NCBI GenBank assembly: GCA_012295275.1
Contig: CM022671.1
Coordinates: 9,672,001 to 9,736,000 of the forward strand
Reading direction: 5' to 3'
DNA length: 64,000 nt
DNA from: Chrysomallon squamiferum
Lineage: Eukaryota; Animalia; Mollusca
Shown: positions 28,059-41,900 of the stretch, piece by piece
Numbering within the stretch: position 1 is the stretch's first letter
Layout: every line of letters begins with the position of its first letter
Notes under the pieces: generated by a model
Seen by the model: the letters and a program-made list of their open reading frames with translations, nothing else
What the model was told of the DNA's origin: nothing
Database searches by the model: none
Translations under genes and position numbers: made by a program

Positions 28059-29799
28059 CGCTAATTATGAATATATTCTGTGATGTAGATAGTAATATAT
28101 AACATTAAATTCCCTCGTAAACTACATAAATAGTGCATTCAGAATTAAACTTCGTCTTATAAAAAATTAAGTAGCAGTATTCTTAAATAAAAATATGTTA
28201 TTTTTGCACAGTCCTAAGTTATTCGTATGAAAAGTGTTTGTGTTATAAAATAAAGAGGATATCTCAAGTATATGAAAGTAATGATCATCAATGTTAAAAT
28301 AAAAAGAAAAAGAAAACATTTTTATCGTTTATTCTCAAGTTATCAGAATAGTTTATAGTTGAGCCTGTTAGCCCCTATTAACATGAGCGCAGTGCATACT
28401 TCAGTTTTCATGAATAACTCTCAACGTAATTTATTCATTAATATTAATATCGAAGTCGATTTTGTATTTGTGATTATGCACTGCGTTCCATAAACGAGAT
28501 TCTCATGTAATTAATATGACGTGGATAACGGAATATCACATTAAACGTTTCGTAACAGTACGCTGTATATTTCGCAAAATACAGGTATTGTCCATGAGTA
28601 AATATCATCATTTTAATCTAAAGTGATTATTTTAATGACCATTTTAGTCTGTAATGTAATAAAATGTCTTTTGTGATTCTCCTATGAAATAAAAGGATAA
28701 GCTTACAGTTCCTATTATTATATTCAATGGTGCAGCTAGTAGAAAGCAATATCAATGATAACATAATTATGCTGTAAAAATTGTAAATCAGAATTCTACC
28801 AACTGTTGATGCTTAACCCGTGACGCGTGTTTCTCTCACTGAATCCAGTTTATTCTACAAACAGTTTCTACTGATAGTGAAGAAACAAAGTCAATTCCGT
28901 CTCTGAATTTCTTGTTATCTGTGTGAATATCTAAAATGCTCATTACACTCGAGGAGTTATTTCTTTTTAATTTTATTTATTTATTATAATTTTGTTTTAT
29001 TTATTTTATTTATTTTATTTTTTCTTAATTTTTAAATTTTTTAAATTAATTACTTAATACTTTTTTTTATGATTCTAATAATATATTATTTGTTTACAGA
29101 TGAATCAGTAAAAACTGATGTACATAAATTTGATTATTGCTTTAATTCGAGGTGAATTTAGTGTATTTTTTAAATAAGAAAGAAAATAAGTAAGTATATA
29201 AATAAATAAATAAATAAATAAAGGAAGAGAACCTATGTTTATAAATTAATTTTTCAGTGTTCATTTAAAAAATACTTGTATATCAGCTTTTCAGAGTCTA
29301 TATAAAATTTAAAAAATTACTAATACTTCCATTCTTTCTGAAATTTAAAATTCTATAAAATTATTATTTTCATGGATGTGCATATCATAATATGTTATTA
29401 ACAAATGGAAATTATCAATGAAATCCTATTTGTCTGTATACTGTAGGTAATTAAATTTAATATAATGAACATTAAATACGTCATCATTTTTTATTATTCA
29501 TGCAATGTTTATCGTTGGAAAACAAACGTATACATATTAAAATATCACATATTTGTTCCTCTGCTGCTAGTAAATAAAATAGATAGGTCAAGTTAAGGGT
29601 AGAAACGTTCGGTAGATCGTGATAAAGTAAAGTGATCTATTCATAATAAAAAAATTAAATTGTATTCGATGATTAATTTAATCAGATATAAACGGTTGTT
29701 ATTTTTGCATAAGGTGAGAATTGTTAGCAGTAGATGATGATATATATAGCTTGTTTAGTTTGTAGTCTTGATTATTGTTGTTACTGTTATTATTGTTAA

Positions 29800-29831
<32 letters not shown>

Positions 29832-30091
29832 TATATAATTAAACTGTGATTGACAACAAAATATCATATTCATAACGTGGGATTTCTGTAATATCACGTT
29901 TTCTTTTTATAATCTCTAATATTGTTTACAAAATATAACATTTCTCTCATGCAGTTACTCTCTATATTTGTTAATATTAACAAGACACATGTAATTATCA
30001 TCATAATACGTGGTGTAAGTAACAGAAACCTCACATTAATTAGATCAAAATATGTTAAAGTTAAGCAATAGAAACATAAGATACAAATGTC

Positions 30092-30134
<43 letters not shown>

Positions 30135-31827
30135 AAATACCACACTAATATTTTTCAAAGCTGAAATCCATAGAATTGTGAAAACTCCTCTGAATCTTCA
30201 GCACTGACCTGCCTGGTACTGTAAGGGTGAGAGTAAGATCTGACAAACTCTGTCTTTGACCAAGTCTTTAAAAGAAATACAAAATCTGACAGAGACTTAA
30301 CAGATTCCATGAATGTTACCACCTTTGCAGCAATTACTAATCAGTAATAGGCATCTATGTATAAGAGGCATTGGTTTTATGACATACTTCCCCAAATTAC
30401 TTTTAATAATTCATGTAGAATTGATTGCGTTATAAAGCATGCGTGTTTAAAAGTTTGTAAATACTGATCATGTTCGATGTTGCCATTTTGGGTTTCGATC
30501 AGAAGTTTCCGTGAGGTTTCCATTGACGGTTGTTCATATCATCAAACCGTGACACCTGCACCTTTCCTAAAATAAATAAAATAAATAAATAAAATTAAAT
30601 GGAAAAAAAACATTTTACAATGATTTAATAAATAATAATAACACATTAAATAAACCAAAAAATAAAGGAAACTGGTTATTTAAAAGATAATAAGCTGGTT
30701 CTGTCTGCTACAAAACATTATACAGAATTATAAAAACCATAATTACATAATTTTAAGTATATTTACACAATGCTTACCCTGACCAAAGCTTGATTTTCTG
30801 CTGATTTAAATAATAAAAAAGTTATTTTTATAAAAGATTCGGTTTTGTTTTTGTTGTTTTGTCAGTTTTTATTTTTTCTTATAAAAATTCTAATTACATA
30901 ATTTTAAATATATTTACAGTATTCTGATTACCCCCAGCAAACCCTTGATTTAAGTAAAACAATTTTTTTTTTTAAAATTATCAATTCTATATGTTATCAC
31001 ATTGATTTCAGCTTATGTTTGTTTTTTCTTCACAAAATGGCATTTCATAGCAATGATGAATATCTATTTCAGTGAAAAAAATTAGAATAACCATGCAGAC
31101 ATCAATGATAAAAACAGTGCAAGCTAAAAAAATAAAACTTATTAAAATTAGCATTTAATAATAATAATAATAATAATTTAAAAAAAAAAAAACAGAAAGA
31201 AAGAAACTAAAATGAATAATGGTAAAAAAAGTTTTATTGTATTTTTAATATGCCCGATGATCAATAAATTTTGTATTGTTTATTTACTGTAATGCAAAAC
31301 ATGATGAGTTTTTAGTAAAATATTACCAAGAACGGCAACTCACTTTTAAAAAATTTTGTTTCTTTTTTTTGTTATTTATTGATTGATTTATTTATTATTT
31401 ATTTATTTTTAGTTTTTAAAAAGCTAAAAATGTTTTTTAAAATTAAAAATACAAATACAAATATATATATATATATATTGTAGCGAAAGTTAGTATTCAA
31501 ACTGGTGACCGTTTTTACTGCGCCTGCAATGAATTACTTTAATGATAATAATAGAGGAGTATCAGACAAGCGCATTTTTCTAAAAATGGCAGAAGTTACT
31601 GGAAATTACTGGAAAAATAGCATGTGTCAGCTCAGAACTGAATGAAATTAAATGGGTAAATACATAATTTTATTTATTTATTATTTTTATTTATTATTAT
31701 TATTTGATAAACAAGGTGATAAATGTGTTTTTCAACTATAGTAATAATTGAGAATTTATTGATTCATTTTCGATGTTGAACAATCAAGTGACTCGAGGAA
31801 TTAAAAAAACAAAAAACAAAACAAACA

Positions 31828-31858
<31 letters not shown>

Positions 31859-32629
31859 TTTAAAAAACAGCGCGCGCGGCTCTCCTACGCCATCAAAAAT
31901 AATAAATAAATAAATAAATAATATCAAAAATAAACAAACATAATTGTTGTTTTTTTTTCTTTTGTTGTTTTTTTCCACTTCGGCTTAACTTTTTATAATA
32001 ATCAGCTTTAAATGTAATTAGCAAAGCTGCTTAATTAAATCTCCATAGAGACCTGGCCATTGGCTTGGCCTATGAGTTGTTTGTCACCTTGTGACATTGT
32101 TCATTTTCAACGTGACAGTTTAACCAAAAAATATGACAAATTATTAATTTTTATTTAAAAAAAAAAAAAAATACGTTGAAACATATGAAAACATTCATAA
32201 CTGTAGGTAAGTACACTTTGCGATTAATTACAATTAATTAAATTTGGTACTTTGCTAATAATCATACTTTATTTATTTATTTTTTCTTCTGTATTACATG
32301 ACAGACAGCAGTTTTTAATTTGGAAATATTGTCTAAATTTCAAGAAATTGGCCATTTTGTATTTTGATATTTTATCTTCAGTTTTTCAGAAGTTTAGTTT
32401 AAACTCAGTAATTACTGAGTTTAGAAAAATTGACAGGTGAATGCTACTTATCCTAAAATATCAGTTCATCATCCTAAAGATTTTTATAGTGTAATTATAA
32501 TCTAGTTTTGGACTTAATGGTGTGCAGTATAACTCTGGTTTAAACTTTACATGTATAGCTGAAAACATTTCAATCTGCATTTATTTACTTCAAATGGACA
32601 TTTTATAACCAACTGATTTTGTGTTTTTA

Positions 32630-33178
32630 GTCTTATTGCAGAAATAAACAACTTCAGAGCTGCAGAATGAAGAAATGGTTGATGAAAGCTTCTGGATATG
32701 CAGATTTAATACTGCACAGGCTCTGTCATGAGTCAGTCATGTAATAACATGTGATTTCTATTTTGTATTACATTAATATCCAACATATTTTTTTCAAGCT
32801 GAACAATATTATAAAATATAATAAAATAAAATGAATAATTACTGGGTAATTGAATGAAGTCAGTAATATTTAATAAACGATTTGTACCATGCAGTTAATA
32901 TTTTTTATAATATATTTTAACGATGGAGAAAATGCTTTTAATTTATTTATATTTTAATTTTAGAATTGTTGCAATTTGCTAATAACTGTTATACATACAA
33001 TAAGAATATTTTTCTTTTGCTAGTTATTTTAAGGATTGAAGACAATAATTTGAAAGCCATCAACAAAAAAAAGAAAAAATGCATGCAGGCAGAGAATACA
33101 AGAAATTAAAAATGGAAGAAAAAGGACATTATCAAAACTTGTGACCTGAGATTCATTGATTCATTTCTGTATGGCTCT
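32630..33178 (+). other. Two exon-like segments (~32630-32719, ~33022-33178), unassigned and probably decayed
   Basis: tttttag/ttgctag acceptors and a strong gtaagt donor at 33179. The second translates ..RIEDNNLKAINKKKKKCMQAENTRN*KWKKKDIIKTCDLRFIDSFLYGS with a stop. Confidence 0.3.
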
Positions 33179-34750
33179 GTAAGTGAACAAATATATTTTT
33201 TGTTAGAACAGTAATTTTATAATATTAGTATTGTTACATTAGTTATGATGTAGCAGCTTTACTTCTTGTTTACCATTCTTTTGAGTCTTCAGAATCCCAC
33301 TTGAATTTCCTTAGATGAATATGTGGAGTCATGTCTTTAATTCTATTCATGGTTTTTAATCTCTGGAAATCCAAAAAATATTTTTCCTATTTTGTCCTTT
33401 TTATTATTTTATTTTATTTTTTTTTTTTGACATGATGCATTCAGTTTATCATACATAAAGTTCACATTTTTTTCATAAATCCACCAGTCACAAGAATAGT
33501 TTTTTCAAGTGGGTTTTCATTTTGCTTAATTCTACTACAATATAATAATAATAATTATTGATCTAATGGAAAACTGTCAGTTAATGTACAGCTGACAAGT
33601 TACTAAAAGTTAAGTTGTAAATCTGTGCAAGTTCTCTTTTTAAACAGTGTTTTTTAGTTGATATTAATCAAAGGTCATGGATTTTGCTGTTCTGATTACA
33701 GTAAAATGTCCTAGCAGATCAGTTACAGCTATTAATAATCAAACAAGCAAACACATCCACATACATTTGAATACTAAAAAAGTCTTTAAAGAGAAAAATC
33801 CTTTTATTAAAACAATTTTAAAAATTAAGAATATTAAATGTAGTTTTTGACATAAACTGCTTTGATCTTAATTTAATTACCATAGTTATTATAAATGTTG
33901 TTTTAATCACAAATCTTTTAACATTTTATTTATTTTTAGTTATACTTTTAAAACTATGATTATGTTTTTGAATTATATTGTTAAATTAAAATAAAAAATA
34001 TTAATAAAAATGCTTAAAATATGTGTCTTTCCATATGGAAGACATTAGTACAGAAATAACTTTTCAATTATAACATTTAATTCTTTTTAAATTATTAACT
34101 TTGAATGATTAAAAAAAATAAAGACACTTTATTTTAAATTTATTTTCAAAAACATGAATGGATATTATTTATTTTTATTTTTATTTTTTAAAATTAAAAA
34201 AAAAATGTTCTCTTTTATTTTTAACTTTTATCACCTGAATGTTTGTGTAAGCTCACACTGTTTTTTCACCTGGAACTGTCAGTCTGAAAGCCATTGTGTC
34301 AGAATACAGACTGATCTAAGGGTTCCTTACCCTGGATGATAGCCAATGGCTAATCAAGTATTTGACATTTAGCTTAGACACCTCTATTACATTTAATATT
34401 CTTGAGGGTCTTGCATCGGAATGATATTTTAAATGTTATTTTTATTTATTTTATTTATTTTTCTCTAAACATTATTTTATTTATTAATTTAATTTTTCAT
34501 CAGATATTTACTTGTCTATTTTAATTCTGTGTCCTGGGATTCCAGTAAATGGCCCCTATTGATTTCCCAGAACATAGTTTGAAATAGCTTAAATAATCAT
34601 AAAGATTATAATATCCCATTGATTAAAGTAAAGAAATATCTGATATGAGAGATACTTTATGGTTTCACAATTTCTAGCACCAAACATCAGGAATAACCAG
34701 TTTAATCACTGCAAAACATTGGTCTTAGTGAAACATAGGAATAACCAATA

Positions 34751-35475
34751 CAGTGGTGTATCCAGAAATAAAATAAGGGTTGGTGGTGGCTGGATTGGCC
34801 AAAGATGCACATATTTTGCCAAGTTGTGATTTAAAGTAAAAAAATTGAACATTTTTCTCTTTCTAATGAATGCTGATAATGTTAGATCAGTTAGATTGTC
34901 ACAAACACTTTGGGTGATGTGTATGCACCAATAATAGGTAGCAAAGTCAGTATGTTAACATGATTTATGTGCAAAAAAAGTAATAAAAGAAGAATAAAAG
35001 AGAACAGGAGCTGCAGGTGATTCATTAATTAGTCAAGCAGTAAGGACTGAGCATGTGGTGTGGTGCAAAGCCACAAAACTGGTTTCGATGCATGTGTCAT
35101 ATCCAAGAAATGTAGGCAGATAGATACTATTTCTCACCTGAAATATCACAGGCTTCTTTTCATTGTACTTTCAGCTATGAAGAGTGCATTATGCACCAGG
35201 TTTCCAGCAGTTGTAATTAAAATACAACCAATTTCAGTTGGAAAATATGATGTCAATAAGTTGTTTTGTGTTGTACATTGGCAACACTGTTATGGTTAAG
35301 ATGAATTATTAAATGTCACAGATACATATAACTTACAGGTGTCTGTGACATAATCTTTAATGTATTTTGAGTGTTTTGTTAATTTTGTAAAATTATATTT
35401 GGATTGAACATTAAAAAGAAAAAGAAAAGAAAAAAAAGAAAAGAAGCAAATTCACCTCCACTGGATCAGCCACTG
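34751..35475. mobile_element. Non-autonomous DNA transposon (MITE-like) with 15-bp imperfect TIRs and TA flanks
   Basis: Left end cagtggtgtatccag; right end ctggatcagccactg (reverse complement cagtggctgatccag, 12/15 identical). TA lies immediately outside both ends. No coding capacity. Confidence 0.6.
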
Positions 35476-35667
35476 TAATTTATTCTATTTCATTAAATGT
35501 TGTAGTGGTGTCAAACTGTATAATAACCAGTTTATATCAAAGTGTCAAGTTTACCTCGCTCTATGTCATTTTGGCCTATGTCAAATTCATCTTTGATTCA
35601 TGTTGTCAAAAAATTAAATTATTATAACATTTGTAAACTCCACTTTGCAGTTTTCTAGCATTGTGCA

Positions 35668-35867
35668 NNNNNNNNNNNNNNNNNNNNNNNNNNNNNNNNN
35701 NNNNNNNNNNNNNNNNNNNNNNNNNNNNNNNNNNNNNNNNNNNNNNNNNNNNNNNNNNNNNNNNNNNNNNNNNNNNNNNNNNNNNNNNNNNNNNNNNNNN
35801 NNNNNNNNNNNNNNNNNNNNNNNNNNNNNNNNNNNNNNNNNNNNNNNNNNNNNNNNNNNNNNNNNNN
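35668..35867. other. Assembly gap (200 N)
   Basis: Run of N of round-number length, i.e. a placeholder. Confidence 0.99.
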
Positions 35868-36169
35868 AGTAGATAGTAATAGATGTTTTAGCTTGTATTC
35901 ACTCGACATCAACAAAGTAAACCTAGATATCAACATTCTCTCTATCATTGCATTTCACTTAAAAAACAATTTATTTTCTATTCAATATGAATTCTAGAAT
36001 GAAGATTTTTCCATAAATCGGCAGACGTTTTCACAAGAAAGAAGAGTAAAACGCCAATAAACCAAAATAAGATAAGTACATAAACAAAACTGACGTGTCA
36101 TTTAATGAAAAATGAATAATAATAATAATATCAACAGTAATATTCCTATTAATATTAATGAAGCTACAA

Positions 36170-36230
<61 letters not shown>

Positions 36231-36554
36231 TAGTAGGATTTAAGATAGAGAGAAATAGAAAAACGTACCTTACTGATAGTTGTCTTTAATCTAAATAACT
36301 GGTGTAATTAAAGCAATAATTTTCTTTTTAATATTTCGTCAGACTAATTAAGATTAAAATTACACCAACTATGAAACAACTGATGCAAAGATCACACCAG
36401 ACTGAGTTAAATCATTTTATCATTGCAGTCGTATTTATTTATATAAGAAAATACCCAAAAGTAGATTAAACAGTTGTATTATTAGTTACAATTTATTTAA
36501 TTGTTATTAAAAGTTTCTATCATAATCTCAAAAGCAAAACACTTAGTTCCAACT

Positions 36555-38006
36555 GTTGGAAAGGAGAAATGACAAGCAGGGATATTATGAACGTGAATAT
36601 TTAAAAATTTTAAAAGTTGTATAAATCGAAAAGATATCAATAATTTGCTCTGCCCGTAATATTATTGATATTTTGGTGAATCAGACAAACTTGTTACTGA
36701 TACCACTGCTGTAATATGTAGTTTTCATATGTGACAAAAATATCAGAAGCATGCCTTGGCAAAAATATAAATAATTTTGGATTTTTAATTACTTGAATCA
36801 ACAACATCAATAATAATAGTAGTAATAATGATGATAGTAATAATGAAAATGTCTATAAACAACTAAATATATACAAAATTATTAAGAACTGATTCTTGTA
36901 AAAAATATTAAATTGGTTATGTTGAGAATGAAATTAAATTTTCTTTTATTAATATTTATTATCACATATCTAAACTTTCATACATTGTTTGTTCTTTTTT
37001 CACAGTCACATGTAAATCCTCAGGAGGAAACGGTGTCTTGGAAAACTGGAAGACTGCAACTGGTGATTTAGTGGAGAGGATTGGATTTCTTTTGTTACCC
37101 AAGTTAAGTAATGATGCAAAGAAAATTTGTATTCATTAAAATGAATGAAAGGAAAGAAATAATGAAAAAAGAGGATAAAACAATTTCAAAGATATTTTAG
37201 CAACGTAAAAATAATTTAGATAACTTAATTTAAATACCTTTCACTCAAAATAAAAATAAAAATAAAATTATAAATAAACAAATAAATAAATAAATAACAG
37301 TAATATATAAATACAAATAAATATGTTTGTTTTGAATATCTCTAGATTTAGTTTAGAATGAATGTTTTTCTTTATTGGAATACGAGTTACTTACTAGCTT
37401 TTCATGTTTAATTTTAAACTTATTTGATAATGCTGTGAAAGAATGAAAAATCAAAATATGTAAATATAAAAGAGAACATTTTATGTAGTGTTATTCATGA
37501 TAATATTCAGCTTACTAAAGACTGAACCAGTCCTTTCTCATTCTGTAAAATAAAATATAATGTTATAGTCAGCTCAAGAAAAGGAGACATGAGAAGCAGG
37601 TACATAATGAAATTATAAGTTATGTAATTGGGAAAGATATCAATAAATATTGCTCTGCCCGTGATATTATTGATATTTCTGTGAATCAGTAAGACCTGTT
37701 ACTAATATTACACTGCTGTAATGTTTAAAAGACTGATACTAATAAATGTGACTTGAAAATATGGCAGACATGTTAGAGATTGGCTGCTCCCAATAGCTTT
37801 AACAGACTTGCCCCAAATTCATGGAATAATATATCTTAGTGGACTTTAATAACAGGTCTGCTGTTTATCCATTCATTGTTTTCATAAAGTTAAATTCTTA
37901 TTGCCTGCTTTGTGAAATTTCCTGCTCTGAGTTGAACTTTCTTTAAAACAGAACATCAGAAACAGTTAAATAGTAATAATACAAACAACAACAACAATAT
38001 CAACTA

Positions 38007-38060
<54 letters not shown>

Positions 38061-38880
38061 TTAAAATGAATAACAACAACAACGATGACAACAATAATAA
38101 TAATAATTAATAAGAGTAAAGCAAATAGTTCTTTACATCAAGTTAAGAACTAAATATATTCATACTTAAATTATTATTTACATTTTTGATTTAAATCTTT
38201 CACAGGATTATCAATATGTATATATTTGGATTAAAGTAGTTTATAATTCAAATCACCTAGATATTGTAAAGAAATAGAACATTAAAATTGTAAGAGTTCG
38301 TGAAATAAAATAATAAATATTTCTCAATGAGATATAAAAATCTAAAACATTAAAAAATAAATAAATAATAAACAGACTTGTAACAAAACAAAATAATAAT
38401 ATTATCTCACAATTGTAGTACACATCTGAGAGATTTGCTTTCATCCATAATCCTATGTTCCTCCTTATTTAGAATATAAAGAACAAATGTCTCTGAAATG
38501 AAAACATTCCTTTGCAGAATCAGCAATTTTGAATTTATAATTACTTAAGACTAAATAAACAAAATAAATAAAAAAGTAATAGTAACAATAATGTGAAAAA
38601 CGTGTAGCAAATTTTTAATGAAAGTTTTTTTTTTTTTAATTTTCTGAATTGGTTGTTGATATATAGACTTCAAAATTACATTTTCTTCTAATTGTATTCA
38701 TTATCTGATATCTAAACTTTCATACAATGTTTCGTCATCTTTCAGTTTCAAGACTAAATTACCAGTAGGAAATGGTGAATTGGAAAACTGCAAGATAGTA
38801 GCTGATAATTTTGTGGACAGGATGTTTGTTTCTACAACAACCAGCACAGAAACAGAAAACCAATGTTTTCAAATAAACAT
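36555..38880 (+). repeat. Old two-copy duplication carrying an exon-like segment (copy 1 ~36555-37140; copy 2 ~37578-37730 plus ~38705-38880)
   Basis: aaagatatcaataa..ttgctctgcccgt.atattattgatatt..gtgaatcag at ~36630 and ~37634; tatctaaactttcataca..cag..ggaaa.ggtg..ttggaaaactg.aaga at ~36967 and ~38709. Confidence 0.8.
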
Positions 38881-38921
38881 TTAACTATGAAGCAATTAAA
38901 ACGTATTTAACGTATTCCCGG

Positions 38922-41900
38922 GATGAGAAGAGGAAGCTGAAGAGAAGAATCTACACATGCACCTTCTGCTTAAGAATGGTGTAGTCGAAGGACATCACCG
39001 AAATGGTAAACAGAAGTGTCTGTACATTTTGTAAAGAACAATTTAAGAAAAATTGGAGAAAGAAATATTTGCTTGAAAAAAGTAATTAAAATAAAATGAA
39101 AGAAATTAATAGTGATAATATTACGAAAAATAATATTGATAGTGATAGCATGATAATGATTGGTATTAAATTTAATTGAAAACATCATCACCATCATGAA
39201 GCAGAATTTAAGAACAATATGACTAAAACAATAAGAGTAATACTAGTAGTCATGGAATTAATTTTGTATTTGTTTTAATGTTTGTCAAATGAAATAATGA
39301 CATTTCTCCGGTTTGTTTTCTCAGGATGAGAAGAGGAAACCGAAGAGGAAACCGAAGAAGAGACCGAAGAGGAGAATCCACACATGCACCATCTGCTTAA
39401 GAATGGTGTAGTCGAAGGACATCACCGAAATGGTAAACAGAAATGTCTGTACATTTTGTAAAGAACAAATTAATAAAAAGTGAAAAATAAAAATATTTAC
39501 TTTAGAAAAGGTATTAAAATAAAATGAAATAAAATAATTTGAATAATGATAATAATTTTGCAATGATGATCAAAATAGTAATAGTTATACTACTGATGAT
39601 GAATATACTGAAGTTAACAAGAGCATTAACTACGATGACATCAACGTCATCATCATCACATTAAAGATAATAATAACAATTATCATGATGACGATAGTAA
39701 TGACAGTAACACTAGTAATGATGGAATTAAATTTGTATTTGTTATAATGTTTGTTAAAAGAAATAAATACATTTCTACAGTTTATTTTCTCAGGATGAGA
39801 AGACGAAACTAAAGAGTAGAATCTACACATGCACCTTTTGCTTAAGAATGGTGCAGTCGAAGGACATCACCGAAATGGTAAACAGAAATGTCTGTACAAT
39901 TTGTAAAGAACAAATTAATAAAAATTGAAAAAAGAACTATTTGCTTGAAAAAAGTAATTAAAATAAAATGAAAGAAATTAATAGTAATAATATTAGTAAA
40001 AATAATATTGAGAGTGATAGTATTAAATTTAATTAAAATCATCATCACCATGATGAAGCAGAATTTTAGAACAATATGACTAAAACAATAAGAGTAATAC
40101 TAGTAGTAATGGAATTAATTTTGTATTTGTTTTAATGTTTGTTAAATGAAATAATGACATTTCTCCGGTTTGTTTTCTCAGGATGAGAAGAGGAAACCGA
40201 AGAGGAAACCGAACAGGAGACCGAAGAGGAGACTGAAGAGGAGAATCCACACATGCACCATCTGCTTAAGAATGGTGTAGTCAAAGGACATCACAGAAAT
40301 AGTAATCAGAAATGCCTCTACATTTCGTAAAGAACAAGTTAATAAAAAGTGAAAAATAAAAATATTTGCTTTCGAAAAAGTTATTCACATGAAATGAAAT
40401 AAACTCATTTTAATAATATTAATAATTTTTACAATAATAATCAAAATAGTAATAGTGATAATACTGATGATGACAATCGTACAGTTAACAAGAGCAATAA
40501 CAATGATGACATCAATGTCGTCATCATCATTATCAAGAGAATAATAAGAATTATCACGATGATGATAGTATTGATGGTAACCCTAGTAATAAGGGAATTA
40601 AATTTGTATTTGTTATAATGTTTGTTAAAAGAAATAAATACATTTCTACAGTTTATTTTCTCAGGATGAGAAGACGCAACTAAAGAGGAGAATCTACAGA
40701 TGCACCTTCTGCTTAAGAATGGTGTAGTCGAAGGACATCACCGAAATGGTAAACAGAAATGCCTCTACATTTTGTAAAGGACAAGTTAATAAAAAGTGAA
40801 AAATAAAAATATTTGCTTTAGAAAAAGTTATTCAAATAAAATTAAATAAAATCATTTTAATAATATTAATAATTTTTACAATAATAATCAAAATAGTAAT
40901 AGTGATAATACTGATGATGACAATCATATAGTTAAGAAGAGCAATAACAATGACATCAAATATCATCATCGTCACTATCAAAGAGAATAATGAGAATTAT
41001 TATGATAATGATAGTAATGAGAGTAACACTAGTACAGATGGAATTAATTTTGTATTTGTTTTAATGTTTGTTAAAGGAAATAATGACATTTCTACGGTTT
41101 GTTTTATCAGGATGAGAAGAGGAAACCGAAGAGGAGAATCCACACATGCACCATCTGCTTAAGAATGGTGTAGTCGAAGGACATCACCGAAATGGAAAAC
41201 AGAAATGCCTTCAGGATGAGAAGAGGAAACAGAAGAGGAGAATCTACATATGCACCTTCTGGATAAGAATGGTGTAGTCGAAGGACATCACCGAAATGGT
41301 AGAAAAAGTAATAAAATAAAATGAAATAAATTAATTTTAATGGTAGTAAAACTTTTAGAATAAAAATGAAATAGTAATAGTGAGAATACTGATAATGACA
41401 ATCATACAGTTAACAGAGCAATAACAACGATGACATCAACGTCACCATCATCATCATCATCATCAAAAGAATAGTAAGAATTATGATGATGATGATAGTA
41501 ATGAAAGTAACATCATTAGTGATGTTTGTATTTGTTTTAATATTTGTGAAATGAAATATAGACATTTTTACGGCTTGTTTTCTCAGGATGAGAAGAGGAA
41601 GCTGAAGAGAAGAATCTACACATGCACCTTCTGCTTTAGAATGGTGTAGTCGAAGGACATCACCGAAATGGTAAACAGAAGTGTCTGTACATTTTGTAAA
41701 GAACAAATTAAGAAAAATTGGAGAAAGAAATATTTGCTTGAAAAAAGTAATTAAAATAAAATGAAAGAAATTAATAGTGATAATATTACGAAAAATAATA
41801 TTGATAGTGATAGCATGATAATGATTGGTATTAAATTTAATTAAAAACATCATCACCATCATGAAGCAGAATTTAAGAACAATATGACTAAAACAATAAG

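Larger units (their letters stand above)
23306..30566 (-). pseudogene. Decayed multi-exon gene, tentatively I-BAR/IMD-domain (IRSp53/MIM-like); exons ~30566-30150, 25824-25766, 24454-24320, 24080-24018, 23440-23306
   Basis: Canonical AG/GT ends on the - strand. 24454-24320 (135 nt, DCTSKYRKTCDEKITLVKVCEVNIDNLRQRLSKQQLVDEENILSP), 24080-24018 (63 nt) and 23440-23306 (AQWLLRGGSQEAIHSYVELALQEVHDLPDWVRENQSAVKQACYT*) are phase 0 and splice in frame. The upstream exons contain stops or frameshifts. Family call rests on recalled IRSp53 motifs. Confidence 0.5.

Noticed and set aside
1710-31978. Many hydrophobic or low-complexity ORFs in the track (poly-Ile/Leu/Val/Tyr, CVCV, YIYI)
   Set aside because: They are translations of (AAT)n, (ACT)n, (GT)n and (AT)n repeats and minisatellites.
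35040-35140. Possible tRNA-derived SINE head (ggtttcgat, B-box-like)
   Set aside because: No convincing A box, tail or TSD; too degenerate to support.
35645-35948. ORFs spanning 35645-35948
   Set aside because: They are open only because of the N gap.
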